From Chrysomallon squamiferum (lineage: Eukaryota > Animalia > Mollusca): a stretch of DNA of 64,000 bases. Numbering within the stretch: position 1 is the first letter of the stretch; every line of letters begins with the position of its first letter. The position numbers were made by a program, and so were the translations under genes. Of this stretch, positions 60,035 to 64,000 are shown in pieces. Below the pieces are notes generated by a model. It did no database searches. It was not told the DNA's origin and saw only the letters and a list, made by a program, of their open reading frames with translations. The stretch covers positions 17,112,001-17,176,000 of the forward strand of contig CM022677.1 of assembly GCA_012295275.1 (NCBI GenBank). Direction: 5' to 3'.

Positions 60035-60815
60035 TGTGTGTGTGTGTGTGTGTGAGTGTGTGTGTGTTTGTGTTTGTGTGTCTGTGTGTTTGTGTGTGTT
60101 TGTTTGTGTGTTGTGTGTGTGTGTGTGACTGTGTGGAGGAAAAAAGACGTATGTAAATTATTGTCAGATCTCAAAATGTTTTGTACTTTTCGTCTTAATC
60201 TCATTGATCTTGTTGTTCTTGTTGATCGTCTTCTTCTTTTCTTCTTGTTTCTTCTTGTTCTTCTGCATCATGATGATGATACTGATGATGATGAATATGA
60301 TGATTTTTTTTAATATTGTTATTATTACTTTAGTAATAGTATTGTTGCTGTTAATATGTTATTATGTTAACATAGTTTTAGTAGTAGTTTTAAAATTAAG
60401 ACAGTACTAAATTATGTTAATATAGAGTAGCTGTAGTAGTTTTACAATTAGAGACAGTATCAGTAATTGTAATAGTAGTAGTAGCAGCAACAGTAGTTTT
60501 AAAACGAACAGCAGTAATAATAGTAGTAATACTAGTAATAGTAGTAGTAATAGCAATAGTAGTAATAGTAGTAATAGTAGTAGTAATAGTAATAGTAGTA
60601 ATAGTAGTAATAATAGTAGTAATAGCAATAGTAGTAATAGTAGTAGTAATAGTAATAGCAGCAGTAGTAGCAGTAGTAGTAGTGGTGGTGGTGGTGGTAG
60701 TAGTAATTGTTGTTTGTGGTATTATAATAACAGTAGAAGCGGTAGCAATTATAGTAGCAGCAGCAGTAGCAGTAGCAGTAGTAGTAGTAGTTGTAGTAGT
60801 AGTAGTAGTAGTAGC
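59970..60815. repeat. (GT)n tract followed by (GAT)n and (TAG/TAA)n tracts
   Basis: Directly visible. Confidence 0.88.
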
Positions 60816-61239
60816 TACTACCGTAGCACAGCAGTAATACTGGTGATATTGTTGTTTGTGTTTATCCGGTGTCTGATGTTGTTCAATCCTTGTGTGATTT
60901 ATTCCGACTGATTCTCCTAATCAGAAACAATTATAAACAGTTATACACAGTGGTACTCTAGTTTGTTCTGTCTTGTGCTATTTTATCATATTTCTAATAG
61001 TCTCTATAGCATTCTTTATAATCTAAAATACCGTTCCTACAAAACAGGTTAAAACAAGAAAACCTGTTTAATGTAAGCAGTCCGTACAGTTTCTCATAAA
61101 TACGTCTGAAGATGCTATAGTCTGTCATCATCATTGTTACCAAAAGTTATTTCCCAAACCAACCCGTTATTGTGATAATGATTTTTTCGTCAAACTGACT
61201 TGCTGTTTATGGGTCGGCGAATAGAAAAGATATGTTTGT

Positions 61240-61590
61240 TGTTAATCAGTATGAACAGACATTACATCAGCTTTAGACATTTCTCTTTTTTACGGAAAAG
61301 TACATATCAAGGATCGTTTATGCTAATCAAAATGAATAAACCATTATCTCAGCTTTAGAATGTTCCGTTTTATGGGAAGGCACACATAAAAGATTTCTTT
61401 TTGCGCTAATCTATACGACTAGCCGTTAGATCAGCTTTTAGCGTCTGCCCCTTTTATGAGAAGGTACATAATAAAGATTTTTTTTTTGTTGCTAATCAAT
61501 ATGAATAACCATTACGGTAACTTTAGAAACTTCCTATTTATGGAAAGGTACATATGAAGGATTCTTTATGCTAATCGATATGAATAGCCT
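61240..61590. repeat. Degenerate tandem repeat, about 80-85 bp unit, about 4.3 copies
   Basis: Recurring GCTAATC.ATATGAATA.CCATTA..TCAGCTTTAGA...TTTTATGG.AAGGTACATA. Confidence 0.85.
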
Positions 61591-63518
61591 TTGGAGAGGT
61601 TTTTAAGAGTTACGTCACTCGTATCAGTAATATAATAATTGTATTTCTTGACAGCCGTAACACGTTATCATTAAATATGTGAAAGACTTGTATTTTTTTT
61701 TTTTTTCTTTTCATTATGATCGTATTTTTACGGCTCGTCTAAATGAAAAACCTTTTTTTTTTTTTTTTTAACGTTTTAACTGCTGTTAAAGAAAAACACC
61801 AAGAATGCTGCCGTCTACTTGGAATGGAAAACAGAGCAAAGATAAACGAAAACAATCGATGGAGTAAAAGATCGAATGAAACAACGTTAAAGCGAAGAGA
61901 CAAAGTGGAATGAAAGAAGGTGTGAAAGAAAGAATGAATGAATGGATGAAAGAATGGGTGAATGAATGAACGAATAAAAGAATGAATGCATGGAACAGTG
62001 CGTGAATCGACGATGGAGTGAACAAACAAATCAACAGACGGACGAATGAATAAATGACTCAAAGTCATGGATGGATGAATAGATAAATAGATTAATGAAG
62101 GAATCGATGGATGAAACGATTAAATAAAACCAATGGATCGATGAACAACAGAAATCAATGAAAGAAAGTAATGACGAACGTGTAATAGCAGCACCTCGCA
62201 AATTTGGTTATTAAATTTATCATGTAGTTTAAGTTTGTATTGGTTTAAGTTGTAATGGTTTAAGTTTGTAATGGTGTTATTAACCAGAAAAATAAAAGTG
62301 TAGCCAAGATAACGGTTATTCCTACCAAATCACAGAGGAATCTTTTTCTCATTGTCATAAACACGAAAGCACACAGTTCTTAAAAAAAAAACTGTATTAA
62401 ATAGAAATACAACATACTGGAGCATTATAAAGTTTGGTCTCGTGACCCTGAAAAGCTCTAAGTCTGACCCCACGCCCCCACCCATCCATGGGGATTTAAA
62501 AACACTCATGGAACACGTCACAGAAGAAATGGCAAATTGAAACTTCTAATCAATGACGATTTAGCAGTTAATATTCACCAGAACATTTTGTCATTTCCTT
62601 TTGCAGTAGCATTGAGAAACCCAATCCCTAACTACATTAGTCAAAACTTATTTTAGAAAGAAAAAATAACAAAAAGCATGTTAATAAAAAAAAATCTGAA
62701 TTTAAAAAAAAAAAAAAGAAACACATATATAAAAACGACAAATTGCGGAGCAGAATTCAATACCCATTTAGCTTATGAATCAAACGCAATTTCTGTAGCT
62801 ACAGTTCCCAGCCATAGAAATAATCGTCGCGAAGCTTAACGGCATAGATTACTCAATGTATAGAAAACCGGAGAACAGAGGAGAGGTTCTGTGATGAAGT
62901 GTGCTGGGGAATATTCGCAGTTAATATTAAAATCGGCCGCTAGAGAGGAAATCCCGGTGTCGTAAGCGTGTAACGTAAAAATTCTCGCTGGTAATTACGT
63001 TTAATCGTTTGATTAGGAGGAAGCATCGCCAAAACGTAGCGCTAAAGCGTCTGAAGCTGCAATAAATCGCCATGTTTCTTCGTTTAACTGCTGGTCAATA
63101 CACAAACACACAACCATCAAACATTCTGTTGCCGTCGATAATAAAACATTTCCGGGAATGAAAATAAAAAAAAAAAATAAAATAAAATAAAATAAAATAA
63201 AATAAAATAAAATAAACCCATCAACGAGCACTCTAATAGCTTTTCCCCTGAGTTCTTTCCCCTTTTTTCTGTGACCGCTGGCTGTATTTCGATTAACGTT
63301 AATTGTTTATGTTACGTCACTGCATTGTCCTGCGAATACTTAGCCACTGTTGTAGTACTTTTTGTTTAAATGAAAAAAAAAAAATTATTTACTTTGTCTC
63401 TCTGTTTGTTTGTGTTGTTAATTTATCAGTCAATATGTATTTAATATTGTACATCTATGCCGCTCTCTAAACTTCACAGTAGAATAAAAAAAATTCTGTC
63501 GATATATATCTCTATGTT

Positions 63519-63636
<118 letters not shown>

Positions 63637-64000
63637 ATACTCTGCTTCCCTATATTTATTCCATATAGAAATTATTCTCTGTCATTGCCCTTTGACATTA
63701 TCGTAATTTGTTTTACTCTTTATTACCGTCAGTGATAACGAAATAGATAAAGAGGAATAGTGAAATGTAATACGAAGCAAATGACCTAGTAATAGAGAGA
63801 GAGTATAAGACAGAATGCCGTCATACAGTCATGAAATAAAAACAATTAAATGATGCTGTAAAACTTAGTAAAACATAACTCAGTCGTATATTATTATAGT
63901 TACATGTGCAATATGAAAACAATATAGTGACGTAATAAAATGATATAATGACGTATGATAATGCTTAGGCATATACGAGAATAATTCAACAGTACACTTT

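Overview
AT-rich, extremely microsatellite-dense eukaryotic (animal) genomic DNA. It looks invertebrate and plausibly molluscan, but that is an inference from composition and repeat style only. The only supportable coding sequence is two GC-rich minus-strand exons (30530-30827 and 20966-21349). They splice in frame (phase 1/1) into the N-terminal ~227 aa of a natriuretic-peptide-receptor / receptor guanylyl cyclase-type protein: a signal peptide plus an ANF-receptor ligand-binding domain with the motif FLGPVCDYSLAPVSRYAVYWNIPVLSPGG. I found no further exon in 1-20965, so the gene continues beyond the left edge. Nearly all other ORF-track entries are translations of simple repeats. The most unusual signal is that both splice sites of the 384-nt second coding exon have complementary intronic sequences. 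A perfect 15-nt antisense copy of its 3' splice site lies 17-31 nt into the 9.2-kb upstream intron, and an (ACUU)6 tract resembling the U1 snRNA 5' end lies directly behind its 5' splice site. Also notable are a dense CAGGT(A/G) cluster at 36.7-37.8 kb, a triplicated CRE-like unit upstream of the start codon, CpG-rich promoter-like islands at about 6.1 kb and 42.3 kb, and several local and dispersed repeats.
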